Source: Candidatus Omnitrophota bacterium (GTDB lineage: Bacteria; Omnitrophota; Gorgyraeia; JAFGHF01). From it: a DNA stretch of 64,000 bases. This document shows positions 39,964 to 51,000 of this stretch, one piece after another. The stretch covers positions 1,108,575-1,172,574 of the forward strand of contig CP070837.1 of the NCBI GenBank assembly GCA_020341815.1, given 5' to 3'. The notes beneath the pieces are model-generated. The model was not told the origin of the DNA. It saw only the letters and a program-made list of their open reading frames with translations, and did no database searches. The position numbers and the translations under genes were made by a program. Positions within the stretch are counted from its first letter, which is position 1, and each line of letters starts with the position of its first letter.

Positions 39964-41590
39964 GACTATGTATCAGGGAAATGTGTTTATAAACTGGCAG
40001 TATTTTCGCAAGGATAAAAAGAGCGGCCAGGTAGCCACCTTGATTACCCTGGCTATTGCCATAATCTTTTTATTCGTGGCGGTTACCCTGAATATCAGCC
40101 GCGTTGCCGAGAAAAAGACCGCTACCGCCAATGCCGCTGATGCAGCCGCAATGAAGCTGGCCTCTTATCTGGGCAGTTACGCCAATACATTGAGCTGGCA
40201 TGCTGTTGACGGCAAGACATTCAACGAAACAAGGCACTATACGCCGGCATGGAAAATAGTGACTGTGGTAACATTAACAATAGTTGCCGTTATTGCTTCA
40301 GGAGGAACGGCATTAGCAGCGGCATTAGGAGGAACGAGCACAGCATTAGCTGCCGGCATCGGCGCAGGCATCACCGGTCTTGGTTATGCATATGATCAGT
40401 TTATCGGGCTTCCGGAATTTGAAGAAGAACTGCAGAAGGAGCTGAAGAAGTTAGAATTGGAAGACAATCTCAGCGAGCAGGCAATAAAATATGCCCTGGA
40501 AAATTGCGTAGATGACCCGGTAATGGTAATCGATGTTCATGACTACAATAAAGACGATGATGTGACCGATGAGATTCCCCGTTTTTATAAATGGTATATG
40601 GAAAGAGTTAAGATGTTAAGCAAGGCGGCCGCAGGCAAAAGAGCACAGATAGATAGCTTTGTTGGCCGGATAGAAACCTTTGCCAGAGATGATGATAGTT
40701 TCAGCCGGAGAATCAGCGGAGAGTTTATTCCCTTGTTCGAGGAATTAGAGGCAATAGAGCTTGACCTTTCTTTCTGGGAGGCAGGGCCTACGGATCCGGA
40801 AGAATCGCTTTGCGGCTGGGATGAGGTGGATGACCTAAAATTACATCTGGATAACTTTTATCAGTGGGCCCTGGGCGAAGATGGGCTTTGTGTGCAGGAT
40901 TTTGATAGCATAGTAATGTTGTATAATAGCTGGATGCTCGACTTGCTCAGGGATGAAGAGGAGCCCTGGTATGATGTATGGGAAGAGGATATTGTAAAAA
41001 TAGAAAACTGGTGCCGGGAGTTATACGATGTATATGCCCAGCTTGAAGGAATGATTGCCAAGGAGACCGATGCTGAGCAAAAGGCCAGTCTTCTGGAGTT
41101 GCAAGAGCGCCTTGCCCCAACGATTGGCGCTTTTGTTAAGATGAGGGATAAATTGAGAGGATTTAATAACGAAGTTTTGGTATTCGATCTTCAGAGCAAA
41201 GACGAAAACTTTGCTTCCGAGAATGAGGCTACCTATTCCTGGTATGATTCTTTGGGCTGGCACCATGTGCGCGTAGAGGTTTCTGCTTTTACTATGCCCT
41301 GGGTTAAACCGGACACAGACAGACATGTCCACAGGACCGATTTTGAAGTTTGGCTGAAGAATTACAGGGGGACGGTAACTGTGACGGTAACCCGCTATGA
41401 TGAGTCAAACAGCGCTTCTTTTGCCCGGGAAGGCACTCCCTTATGGAAGTTTCGTTATGTAAAGGATGCCCAGGCCGAGCAGAAAATTAAACCCGAAGAT
41501 CCCGAATCAGCCTTGCCTTACGGGATTAAAAGTGAAGCTACGGCCTCCTACACTTTCAACGAATTACCTAAATTGGTGGATGTGAAATAA
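39956..41590 (+). CDS. TadG-like protein 14
   Basis: KSG|QVATLITLAIAIIFLFVAV.LN...NAADAAA, the Tad N-terminal signature; a second Gly/Ala-rich hydrophobic segment follows. Confidence 0.75.
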   Translation: MNKTMYQGNVFINWQYFRKDKKSGQVATLITLAIAIIFLFVAVTLNISRVAEKKTATANAADAAAMKLASYLGSYANTLSWHAVDGKTFNETRHYTPAWKIVTVVTLTIVAVIASGGTALAAALGGTSTALAAGIGAGITGLGYAYDQFIGLPEFEEELQKELKKLELEDNLSEQAIKYALENCVDDPVMVIDVHDYNKDDDVTDEIPRFYKWYMERVKMLSKAAAGKRAQIDSFVGRIETFARDDDSFSRRISGEFIPLFEELEAIELDLSFWEAGPTDPEESLCGWDEVDDLKLHLDNFYQWALGEDGLCVQDFDSIVMLYNSWMLDLLRDEEEPWYDVWEEDIVKIENWCRELYDVYAQLEGMIAKETDAEQKASLLELQERLAPTIGAFVKMRDKLRGFNNEVLVFDLQSKDENFASENEATYSWYDSLGWHHVRVEVSAFTMPWVKPDTDRHVHRTDFEVWLKNYRGTVTVTVTRYDESNSASFAREGTPLWKFRYVKDAQAEQKIKPEDPESALPYGIKSEATASYTFNELPKLVDVK

Positions 41591-41591
41591 A

Positions 41592-41846
41592 ATGAAAAAC
41601 AGAGGCAGTTTAATTTTGGAATACAGTCTTTTGATTGCGGTGGCAGTGGCGGCCTTGCTCTGCATGCAGTTTTATGTGAAACGGGCTGTCTGCGGGCGCT
41701 TTCGTCAGGCCGCAGATGCCTTTGGTTACGGCCGGCAGTTTGAACCTGGTGTAACGAAGGTAACAAAAAAAGAACCGGTTGGACCATTGACAGTATCGGC
41801 TCCGGTGAAATCACCGGTAACGCCGGTTGACGTAATTGCATATTAA
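41592..41846 (+). CDS. Flp/TadE-like pilin 15
   Basis: MKNRG|SLILEYSLL...MQFYVKRAVCGR. Confidence 0.8.
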   Translation: MKNRGSLILEYSLLIAVAVAALLCMQFYVKRAVCGRFRQAADAFGYGRQFEPGVTKVTKKEPVGPLTVSAPVKSPVTPVDVIAY

Positions 41847-41856
41847 GGGGGAATAA

Positions 41857-42705
41857 ATGTTATTAGTGTTAATCTTTACATTGGCATTTGCTTCGATAGC
41901 GCTTCTTGCCTGGCAGCTTTATCCTGCCGGGGCGCGCATAATCGGGGCGTATCACGCCAAGAGGGTTAAGCGCGACAGCAAAAGATTGGAGAGGATGTTT
42001 CTGGAAGTGCCTCATAAGAAACTGATTTTAGTTTACGGGCTTTCTCCGGTGATTACAGGTATCGGCGGCTTTATTCTTACCCAGACTTTAGCAGGCGGAT
42101 TAATCGCCGCGGCCTTCGGCATAATTTTACCTAATACAGCGCTCAAGATAATGGAGAAAAACCGCATCAGAAAATTCCGTCAGCAATTAATTGACGGCCT
42201 GATGATTATTTCCAGCTCCTTAAAAGGGGGCTTGAGTCTTTTGCAGTCTATAGAAGTATTGGTTGAGGAGATGCCTGCGCCTATCAAACAGGAGTTTGCC
42301 CTTATCCTGCGCGAAAATAAGATGGGCGCCTCATTAAGTGAATCCTTGGCCAGACTAAACAAGCGCATCAAGAGCGAGGAATTAAACTTAGTGGTTACGG
42401 CCATTGACATTGCCCGGGAGACAGGGGGAAATTTAACCGAACCCCTTAAGAAATTAATGCTTACCATCAGGGAAAGAGACAAGCTCCTGGGCAAACTGAA
42501 GACCCTGACCATGCAGGCAAAGCTGCAGGGACTAATTATGAGTTTTATGCCGATTATTTTTGGAATTGTAGTTTATTATTTGAATCCGGGATTCTTTAAG
42601 ATTATGCTGGTTGTCCCTACCGGCCGCATGCTTTTAGTGATAGCAGGCGTTTTGCAAATGGTAGGCGCATTCTTACTCTGGAAGCTCAGCCAGGTGGAGG
42701 TGTAA
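41857..42705 (+). CDS. tadB: Tad inner-membrane platform protein TadB
   Basis: T2SSF-like: F..QL.DGL..ISSSLKGG.S, P..QEF, ETGGNL.E.L, T.QAKLQG. Confidence 0.9.
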   Translation: MLLVLIFTLAFASIALLAWQLYPAGARIIGAYHAKRVKRDSKRLERMFLEVPHKKLILVYGLSPVITGIGGFILTQTLAGGLIAAAFGIILPNTALKIMEKNRIRKFRQQLIDGLMIISSSLKGGLSLLQSIEVLVEEMPAPIKQEFALILRENKMGASLSESLARLNKRIKSEELNLVVTAIDIARETGGNLTEPLKKLMLTIRERDKLLGKLKTLTMQAKLQGLIMSFMPIIFGIVVYYLNPGFFKIMLVVPTGRMLLVIAGVLQMVGAFLLWKLSQVEV

Positions 42706-42709
42706 CAGG

Positions 42710-43606
42710 ATGATAAACTTTTTACCCTATATAATTCTTCTGCTTGCCTTCAGCTCCATATTCATTTTGGTGAGCCAGTATTTCTCCCATAGAGAAAGAC
42801 AAAAGCTTATCAAAGAACGTTTTGCTTCTGCGCAGAAAAAGGAATTAGAGAAGCCTTTCTGGATGGAGCCCTTGCTTAAACCTTTGGCCCCTATTAATGA
42901 ACATATAGGCAATAAAAGATTTCGTGAGCATATCAGGCAACGCCTCTTGGGAGCCGGCTCTCCTTTGAGCGTGAATGAATATTTTGTATTTAAAGAAGTT
43001 ATGGTTTTGTTTATGCCGCTCATTTTAGCTATTGTAATCGGCTGGGATAATCTGCTTAGCATTCCGATACTTGTAGTGGCTGCCTGCGGATTTGGTTTTA
43101 TTTACCCCGATTTTTGGTTAAAGGTCAGAACCCAGAAGCGCCGAAAGGATGTCTTGCGCGCCCTGCCGAGCATCATCGATTTATTGACCCTGGCTGTAGA
43201 TGCCGGGCTTGACTTTATGATTGCCGTGCGCCGTGTGGTGGAGCATTCGCGTCCCGGGCCGATGGTGGATGAGCTTTCCTTTCTCTGGCAGGAGGTGCAG
43301 ATGGGGCGCGTGCGGCGCGATGCCTTAAGGAGTATGGCGAAAAGATTAGACCTTGCCGAGGTGCACTCCTTTACCCGTACGCTTATTCAGGCAGAGAGAA
43401 TGGGTACGCCTATGGGTGAGGCCCTGCGGACTTTAAGCGATGAGATTCGTATGCGTCAGTTTCAAAGGGGAGAGCAGCAGGCTCTCAAGGCTCCGATTAA
43501 GATGCTATTTCCTCTTCTGTTTTGCATTCTGCCGGTAGTATTGATTTTGGTCGGAGGCCCGGTAATTTTACAGTTTTTCCAGACCAGTTTTCAATTTTTT
43601 AAATAA
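42710..43606 (+). CDS. tadC: Tad inner-membrane platform protein TadC
   Basis: LP..IDLL...VDAGLDF, QAERMGTP...LR, KAPIKMLFPL..CILP. Confidence 0.9.
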   Translation: MINFLPYIILLLAFSSIFILVSQYFSHRERQKLIKERFASAQKKELEKPFWMEPLLKPLAPINEHIGNKRFREHIRQRLLGAGSPLSVNEYFVFKEVMVLFMPLILAIVIGWDNLLSIPILVVAACGFGFIYPDFWLKVRTQKRRKDVLRALPSIIDLLTLAVDAGLDFMIAVRRVVEHSRPGPMVDELSFLWQEVQMGRVRRDALRSMAKRLDLAEVHSFTRTLIQAERMGTPMGEALRTLSDEIRMRQFQRGEQQALKAPIKMLFPLLFCILPVVLILVGGPVILQFFQTSFQFFK

Positions 43607-43615
43607 GGAAGAAAA

Positions 43616-46600
43616 ATGAAAGCGTCTTGCGCTAAGACAATCTGGTTTAAGCTTGCAAGCATCCTGACGATAGGACTTTTTCTATTGCAGGGCAGCGCTT
43701 TCGGCGAATTCGACCCTATCGAAAAAAATAGGTATAATAAGCAGAGCGTCGCGCCGGAGTATGACTGGCGGCAGGATGCTATCGGATTTGCAACTACGGT
43801 TGCAATGCCTTTTGTGCCCTCGGCTGCCGGGGGAATCGGAGGCGCCTTTGGCCTGGGCACAGGATGGACAACTGCTATTGGCGTGGGATTGGGCGCAGGT
43901 GTAGGCGCAACCCCGGGTTTGGTTGCCAATAATGATACTGCTACAGGCATCGGTGCTGTATGTGGCGGCCTTACCGGGGGGCTTGGCACTTATAATCAGG
44001 TTTCTAATTTTAATACCGGAATAAATGAAGTTGGGCGAGTGAGCGATGAACTAAAGACCGTTAATGATATGGTGGAAAATGCTAAGCTGCTTAAAGCGGC
44101 AGGCTATCTTAACGAAGCCAACTTTAATATCTCGCAAGCTAGCAGCATAGTCTCCGGCGGCACAGAAACAGCGATGTCAATAGGAGAATTAACCAGGATA
44201 AGTGAAACAATGGGGACGATGATAAATAGCGCCGATAGCCTGGGCCAATTAGGTTATTATAATGAAGCGGCATTCAATCTTTCCCAGGCAGCTAAGATAG
44301 TTCCCGATGTATGTTCACTAACCACGGCGAGTAATTTAATTGCTATGAGCAATGCGATTAATCCCCTTCCTCAGGTTATTGAGAAAATGTCCATAAGCTT
44401 TGCCACCCAGGAGGCCAGCTCGATATTGGTAAAAGCAGCTGTGTCTAAATGGAATTGGAACCCCAGGAATGCCCAGGCATTGGGGATGATTGGCGGCTCT
44501 ATGACCGGCTGGACTATGGGTTCACTCACTACCGGCGGGCAGAATATGATGTATGGGATGTATAAAGACAGCTGGCCCGGCTTAGCTGACTGGGCTACCT
44601 CAGACTCTACCTGGAAAAATGTAGGCGCAGGAGCAGTTACCGGTTTAGGGTTGGGAGGCTTGCAGACCCTTGCTACTATGGAATTATACGATGCCCTGGA
44701 GTCTCATAACAATAAAATGCCCGATACAACTAAGATGCAGGTGGCTTCTCTTGGCGGCCAGGCTTTAGGAAGTCTTGGCTGGGGCGGCCTGGTAGGCGGA
44801 TTTGGCAGCTTAGGGAAAGACCATATGCCTACTTACGATGAATATATAGCCGGCGGCGGCAAAGTTAACAAGGGCTCTCTTAGCGGTCAAGGGGCCGGTC
44901 CGCTTTCAAAGAAAGGGTTTGAGAATTGGGTTGCAACTGCGCAGCCTGTAGCTGTAGCGGATAAAGGCAACTGGCTTACGGGCATAAAAGATGGAGCCGG
45001 CAATTTTGGCAGTGGTATGTGGCAGGGCATTAAAACAACCGCCAATGAGCCGTTCTGGAAGGGTATCGGACAGAGGACGCTTTCCATCGGTATCGAATGG
45101 GCAGCCTTACACAATGAAATGGATCCGGAGGATGCTTCCAATCTTGCCTCAAGCACTTCAATGCTTTTAGCTAACACAGTGCCTATGTATCCGCATCGGC
45201 CCGATCCCCAACAGGCAGAACGTCTTAAAGAAGGCGCCAGAGCCCTGGAGGCGCAAGCGGATAATTTAAGAAAAGGTCATAGTGAGGTTAAGGAACATTT
45301 TGGAGAGCTCCTGGTGGGCGATCCTCTTTTAGCTATGGAGATAGACAATACATTTGAAAATAAAATAAAGGCCTTTGAGAATCGGGCAGAAAAAACAAAG
45401 GCGCAGGCAGAGAGGGTAGAAGGCTGGCATGTGAGTACTTTACGCGAGCCCACACCTATTACTAAATATAGAATGTTAAATGCATTCCTGGAACCGGTTA
45501 CTTCCGGCCTGCTTACCTTAGCTGCGGATAACTTGCGTAAGGGCAAGGTAGAAGCGTTTTATGATGCCCCGGGCGCAAAAGAGAGAAATGACGCCCGGAT
45601 TGATTTGCTGGTGCACGATTTAACCGCAATGAATGTAGCCAGCCTCACTCATTCCGGAATAGTTGCCCTGTTTAATCAGAAAGGCTGGGGAGAAGGCTTT
45701 GATGAGTTTGGTCAAATCTATCTGGCCAAACAGTGCGATTTTTCCGGTGATATGCTTTCTTTTGGCAGTCAGGCCTTTGGGGCAAAGACTGGCGGAAGAA
45801 GGGATGAAACAGCAGGTGGTTATAGTATATATGGCGCTGCCCAGAGAAATAGCCAGATGTGGGATTTTGCCGGTTTGAATAATTTTGCTGCCCAGGCAGA
45901 AGAAGTTGCCGATGCCGGCGGCAGGTGGCAGCGGCAGATGACAGAAGGCTTGTTTGCCAGTCCTTTTCCCGCTGTTTCAAGGAGTCTTAGCAGTCCTTCA
46001 GGTGGGTTAGCTTATAGTCACACTATCAGAAATGCGGAAGGTTTGGTATATACAGGGATTAAGAATAGCAAACTTATAGCGCCTTATGAGCTTGAGCATA
46101 TTAGTCCTCAGTATGCTTTTAAGTTAGAGCACGGGAATCTTAAACAGCAAGCAATGCTTACTGAAATAAATCGTTGGATTAAGGAATCATCCTATCCTGT
46201 AGCTTTTGGCAAAGAAGGTGTTAATTTTCAATATTGGTCTATTGGGGAAATTGCTCCAAATAGTGAAAAGTTAATGCTAGAGAATGCATTTACAAAAGTT
46301 GAATACAAAGATGAAGACCAGATAATGCTTAAGGCATTAAAGAAGTTTGATGTCAATAAACCTTTTAAGCTTGCCTTTATCGGTCCTGATAGATATAAAC
46401 AGACACCGCTTATTGAAAAGGAAAAGATTGTGCCGCCACAACCTAAAAAGATTGTGCCGCCATCCCCGCCAGTTGAAGAAGTTAAACCATCTGCGAAGAA
46501 AGAAGAAGTGTTGCCGCCAAAACCTCCGGCTCCTGTTGTTGCGCCTTCTCGCGAGGGTTATCCTATAGAAGGAGGGTGGTTTCGTCCGAATGATCCTCCT

Positions 46601-48058
46601 AAGTATCCGGCAAACGGGGTAGGCTGGCATGAAGAGCTTAAGGAGGAGGACATCACATCACCTCCGTCAAGAAAGGGCATAGTATTCGATGGGAATGATG
46701 ACCCTTCGCTATATATAGGTATGGAAGATTATCCAACTTCTCCTAAAGATGATGCTTATAACATGGGAGCGGGAACCGTTTTTCCAAAGGGAGATATCGA
46801 GAATCCCGGTCAAATAGTTACTTGTCCAGAGCCAGATATTACAGAGTTGCCCGCTGTGCAAAAGAGCAATGAGATAAATCGCTATATGCCTCCTAAACAT
46901 AATAAAAAGTATTTTGAGAATATAAATTCCGAAGAGAGTAAGCCTATACAGCAGACACCAGTTGAGATAGAGACTCGTTCACTTCCCACAATGGGCACTT
47001 CAGAAATACCAACTTCTTTGGAAATACCAAGAGAGCCAGCTAGAGAAAGTGTACTCTTTCGGTTGGGAAGTATTTCTCCAACTACATCTTCAGTAGTTGC
47101 TTCTCCCGCAAAAGAAAAGTCTATTGAAACCAAGAGCATAGGTAATTCCACGTTATTGCTTAATAAAGATGGCTTGCAGGAATTTGCCCTGAAGCACAAT
47201 ATTCCTATTGCAGAATTAAATGAAGTCGCTATAAATGCAGCAGGCACAACACCCGAAGAAATGTTATTATCTATGGAAACATACGCCATTGTAAAAAATG
47301 CTGTTGAGAAAAAATTTCTTAGCGAAGGAGTGAGGGATCTGACTGCAGAACATATCTTGCCGGCTCTTAAATCAGGACAAATACTCATTATGAAGGATGA
47401 TGTACAAAATAGCATAGTAAAGGCAAGGTATTTTCCGCAATCGGATCGCGTTGAATTTGTAATAGGAATGACAGATTTGGAGAATTTAGACAATCGCGAG
47501 AATGTTATCCATGAGCTTGTGGCACATGGTTTACAGGATGCCCTGACGCTGTTCCAAAGAAGAGATGATGTGGAAAGAAACGCAGACTTTATAGCAGCAG
47601 AATATAGATTAAGAACTAAAGGCCTATTGCGGGAAGATGTGCAGGGGGATGTTAAAATTTCTATTGCTAATAAGGATGAATTTGCAGGGCTGCGCTATGA
47701 TGAGAAAGCGGTTGTTTACCAATATGCCTTAAGAAATCTAAGACAGGGAAGAAACGATCTTAACGATTTTCCTGGCACAGAAAAAGGTAGTTTTGCTCTC
47801 TTGTCAGCAAAGGAAGCCGAAGAAATTAATCTGCATGAATATTTTCAAGAAGACCTGAAGAATTACATAAGCTTATATGATAGTGAATTAGCGATGGCCC
47901 TTATGTTTAGAAAAACAAAACGCGACTTATCGGAAGTTATTGAGGTAGACGGATTCAACAGAGAAGGCAAAAACTTTGGGATTGAGCCTTCTCCATTACC
48001 GGCAATAGCACCAACTGCTTTACCAAACTCGTATATAATGCCGGGACTAAGTGATTAA
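43616..48058 (+). CDS. 1480-aa secreted protein: Gly-rich hydrophobic N-terminal half, Pro-rich linker, C-terminal HE-x3-H putative metallo-domain
   Basis: Signal peptide ending GSAFG; glycine-zipper-like segments; PPQPKKIVPPSPP; NVIHELVAHGLQD. Confidence 0.7.
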   Translation: MKASCAKTIWFKLASILTIGLFLLQGSAFGEFDPIEKNRYNKQSVAPEYDWRQDAIGFATTVAMPFVPSAAGGIGGAFGLGTGWTTAIGVGLGAGVGATPGLVANNDTATGIGAVCGGLTGGLGTYNQVSNFNTGINEVGRVSDELKTVNDMVENAKLLKAAGYLNEANFNISQASSIVSGGTETAMSIGELTRISETMGTMINSADSLGQLGYYNEAAFNLSQAAKIVPDVCSLTTASNLIAMSNAINPLPQVIEKMSISFATQEASSILVKAAVSKWNWNPRNAQALGMIGGSMTGWTMGSLTTGGQNMMYGMYKDSWPGLADWATSDSTWKNVGAGAVTGLGLGGLQTLATMELYDALESHNNKMPDTTKMQVASLGGQALGSLGWGGLVGGFGSLGKDHMPTYDEYIAGGGKVNKGSLSGQGAGPLSKKGFENWVATAQPVAVADKGNWLTGIKDGAGNFGSGMWQGIKTTANEPFWKGIGQRTLSIGIEWAALHNEMDPEDASNLASSTSMLLANTVPMYPHRPDPQQAERLKEGARALEAQADNLRKGHSEVKEHFGELLVGDPLLAMEIDNTFENKIKAFENRAEKTKAQAERVEGWHVSTLREPTPITKYRMLNAFLEPVTSGLLTLAADNLRKGKVEAFYDAPGAKERNDARIDLLVHDLTAMNVASLTHSGIVALFNQKGWGEGFDEFGQIYLAKQCDFSGDMLSFGSQAFGAKTGGRRDETAGGYSIYGAAQRNSQMWDFAGLNNFAAQAEEVADAGGRWQRQMTEGLFASPFPAVSRSLSSPSGGLAYSHTIRNAEGLVYTGIKNSKLIAPYELEHISPQYAFKLEHGNLKQQAMLTEINRWIKESSYPVAFGKEGVNFQYWSIGEIAPNSEKLMLENAFTKVEYKDEDQIMLKALKKFDVNKPFKLAFIGPDRYKQTPLIEKEKIVPPQPKKIVPPSPPVEEVKPSAKKEEVLPPKPPAPVVAPSREGYPIEGGWFRPNDPPKYPANGVGWHEELKEEDITSPPSRKGIVFDGNDDPSLYIGMEDYPTSPKDDAYNMGAGTVFPKGDIENPGQIVTCPEPDITELPAVQKSNEINRYMPPKHNKKYFENINSEESKPIQQTPVEIETRSLPTMGTSEIPTSLEIPREPARESVLFRLGSISPTTSSVVASPAKEKSIETKSIGNSTLLLNKDGLQEFALKHNIPIAELNEVAINAAGTTPEEMLLSMETYAIVKNAVEKKFLSEGVRDLTAEHILPALKSGQILIMKDDVQNSIVKARYFPQSDRVEFVIGMTDLENLDNRENVIHELVAHGLQDALTLFQRRDDVERNADFIAAEYRLRTKGLLREDVQGDVKISIANKDEFAGLRYDEKAVVYQYALRNLRQGRNDLNDFPGTEKGSFALLSAKEAEEINLHEYFQEDLKNYISLYDSELAMALMFRKTKRDLSEVIEVDGFNREGKNFGIEPSPLPAIAPTALPNSYIMPGLSD

Positions 48059-48059
48059 A

Positions 48060-51000
48060 ATGGAAAAAGACAAACCTGACGCACAATTGAATAGAAGGCG
48101 CAAAAAAGGCGAAAAGGCCGAAGGCCGGAGTCTGCGCGATACGGGCTTAAGCTTATGGTTTGACCCGTATCACAAGAAATGGCTCAAGATTGTGGCCTGT
48201 ATCGTGATAGCGGCCTTTTTGCATCAGGATATCGTCTGGGCTGCCGGGCCTGAGGGCATAGAAGACTTAAAGCTGATGTTTGAGCGGCCTGCGCGCAGGG
48301 TAATGGAGCGTATAGCTTCCCTCTTTACTATCAAAGATGCTTATGCCTTTGATTGTAATTATCGCGATAATGCTCCAACTTCAACAAGTGGTTGGGGTGG
48401 TACCGATTACGGATTTGCGGTTCAACAAATAAGAAACAATCCCCAATACAATCAAGTCTCAATGCCTGATAATTTCCCCGTGATTAGTCCTTCCTTGGGA
48501 TTTCTCGGCATGAGTAAAGACCTGATGAACCCAAGCGGATATTATCCAGGGATATCTCCGGATCCTTCAAGTGGGCCGTTGTTGCCTCTTTCGATTCCGC
48601 ACCAGGTAATCACTCAAAATGGATATATTTTTAATTGTCAGGTACCATATCCCGGTACAAATGGTCCAGTGAAACTAGAATCAATTGAAAAATGGACATC
48701 CGGCTTAGGTAAGATAAATTATTTTCCTTCTGCCGGTATAGGTAAAGTTTATAATATCAGTCAAGAAGAAATAGGAAAGTTTAATACATTTGAAAAAATC
48801 TGTAATGTATATGATGGTAATGAGTATGGCGGTTTTAATTCATCTTATCTAACTCAATCTCTTTATAATTATTACCCTGTAGCCTCTGCCTATAATTTTG
48901 CGGATAGCCATCTCAACAATCCTTTCACCCAAATGAATTTTTATAATAACAATAATGAATGGCGGGCATCTCTTACAAGAGACAATACGAAATCTTTCTT
49001 GTGGCAAGGGCAGGGTCTTTTAAATAATCATTCGGCCGTAATGGACGTATTTGGGAAGACTTCCAATGTCTGTGTTGCGCCCAATGAAAAAATCGATTGG
49101 CATGCCAATCGGGCAACCGTGTCTTTCTCTGACGGGGGCAGCTGGAAACAAGAGATTAATCTGGGGGCGCGCTATAAGGAAGCAAGAGGTGGTTTCTTAG
49201 GTATCGGCAGAGAGCACATAAAGACCGAGATTTCCTCTGGCATAGCAGCAGGCAGCTATTACAATCCGCAGGGTAAATTTGAATTCGGTAGTTTAGTGAG
49301 TCCTTATGCTTCCAGTAATCAAGCCATAGATGCACTGGCGTCCTATTCACAAAGACAGACCAAAGGCAAAAAGACAATCTTTGAACAGGAAAATCGCCCG
49401 GGCAGAATGTATGTTGAGTTTGATGGGCGGGGCAATATCAAAGCATACGCAAAAATTAATGATGCCCAATTCCGCACTTTTGAAAAATTCTCTCCTAATT
49501 TAATTGCAACCGGCTCAGGCGGGGGCGGCATTAGCAATAAACAGCTTCCTTATACAGTTGCCTCATATGCCAGAGAGAATAAAACCAATATCTTCAATGC
49601 CGAAGGCAATAATATCGGTGAGTTTTCCCGACAATTAGTATTCGAGCTTAAAGGATTAAACAGCACCAGGAAAAATACGCTTGAGTTTAACGCCGAATCC
49701 GGCGTATTTGCCTTAGAGCGCGGCTTATCCGGAAAAAATTATATATTTGACAAAGGCAATGCCGTAGTGCTGAACAATAACAATATTATCGGAGGGTTTA
49801 ATCTTTCAGAAAAAGCGCCTGAGGTAATAGGCGTAATTACAAAAGATATTCGCTTTAACGGCTTTGATTTGGCTTCTCCCGGATTGTTGCCCGATTCATG
49901 GAAACAGAAGCTTACGGCAGAAAAAGACGCCGGCCTATTCTTAGGTGAAGACTTAGGCCACGGCGTCAAACGCATAGGGGTAGCGGGCCTGACTGACGAG
50001 AGAGGCTTAGTCGGTATTTCTACCCCCGAAAGCACTACTTTCTCTGCTCCGACCCCTCAAGCCCCAGGCGGTTTTGCTTCTCTTTCTCCTCAGAGAAAAA
50101 TTGCCGAAGTAATAGAAAACGCAAGAGCCGGAAAGAGTGACGTTACTTTAAATGTTACACCCGATAGCGGCCTGAAATTACCTTTCGAATCAACGCTTTA
50201 CTTTCCTCTTTCCGGAGGCAATCCTTTTGAACAGGGCAACGTAACTTTTGCCAATCCTTCCAACTTGAGCAACGATATTATCGCCGGTGTCAAGGTAATG
50301 GATGCCCTGAAGGTCGATACCTTAACCATAAAGACAGGTTTTGAACCCGACTTTTTAGCCGAAAATCCTTTAGTTTACGAAGCCAAATACCAGCTTAAGG
50401 ACCCAGGCATCGGGCTGTTGCAGAGAACTTATACAAAAGAAGGCCTGTATTTTGCCCCGAAAAAGAAGGGGGATAGCATAACGGTTTCCAACCGCCGCAA
50501 ATTCCAGGGTGAAGGTGCCTTGGTCTGGGATGTAAATGGAGAGTTCTCCGCTACGTTCCAAAAGATGGATTCCGATGAAATTATAAAGAAGACTTTGCCC
50601 CATGGCTTTGTTTCCGTGAAGGAATTGGGCGAGAAGGCCTCTTATCTTCAGGACATGGTGCCTTTAAGCGCAGACTTGTCGAAATCCCTGCAGAAGCCGG
50701 TTCTTTCCGATGCCTATAATGCCAAGGGTGAAAAAGTCGGGCCGCAAGGTGTGGGAAACATAACTGCCCAGTTAGTAAATAGCCAGAAGGAAGCCGTCTA
50801 CAGGGCAGAGTTTGTTGAAAATAAAGAAGGATATCTGATTTCGCCCCGGCTTGAAGAAAAAGGCGCCTCTCCTTTAGCTGCCTCTTCGCAAGAGACCCCT
50901 TATCTTGAAAATATGCCTACAATAGAGGTGGCCTCTGCCCTGAAATTTAATCCCGATGATGAACACGCTTCGATAATGGCGGTAGATAAGCTCTATATGC

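Noticed and set aside
25836-43606. Prepilin peptidase (TadV/CpaA) or TadD gene within the locus
   Set aside because: No ORF with A24 peptidase or TPR-lipoprotein features was found; these may be encoded outside the window.
48040-48250. Frameshift joining the 1480-aa gene and the giant ORF
   Set aside because: A clean TAA is followed by an ATG and a new signal-like segment, which fits two coupled genes.
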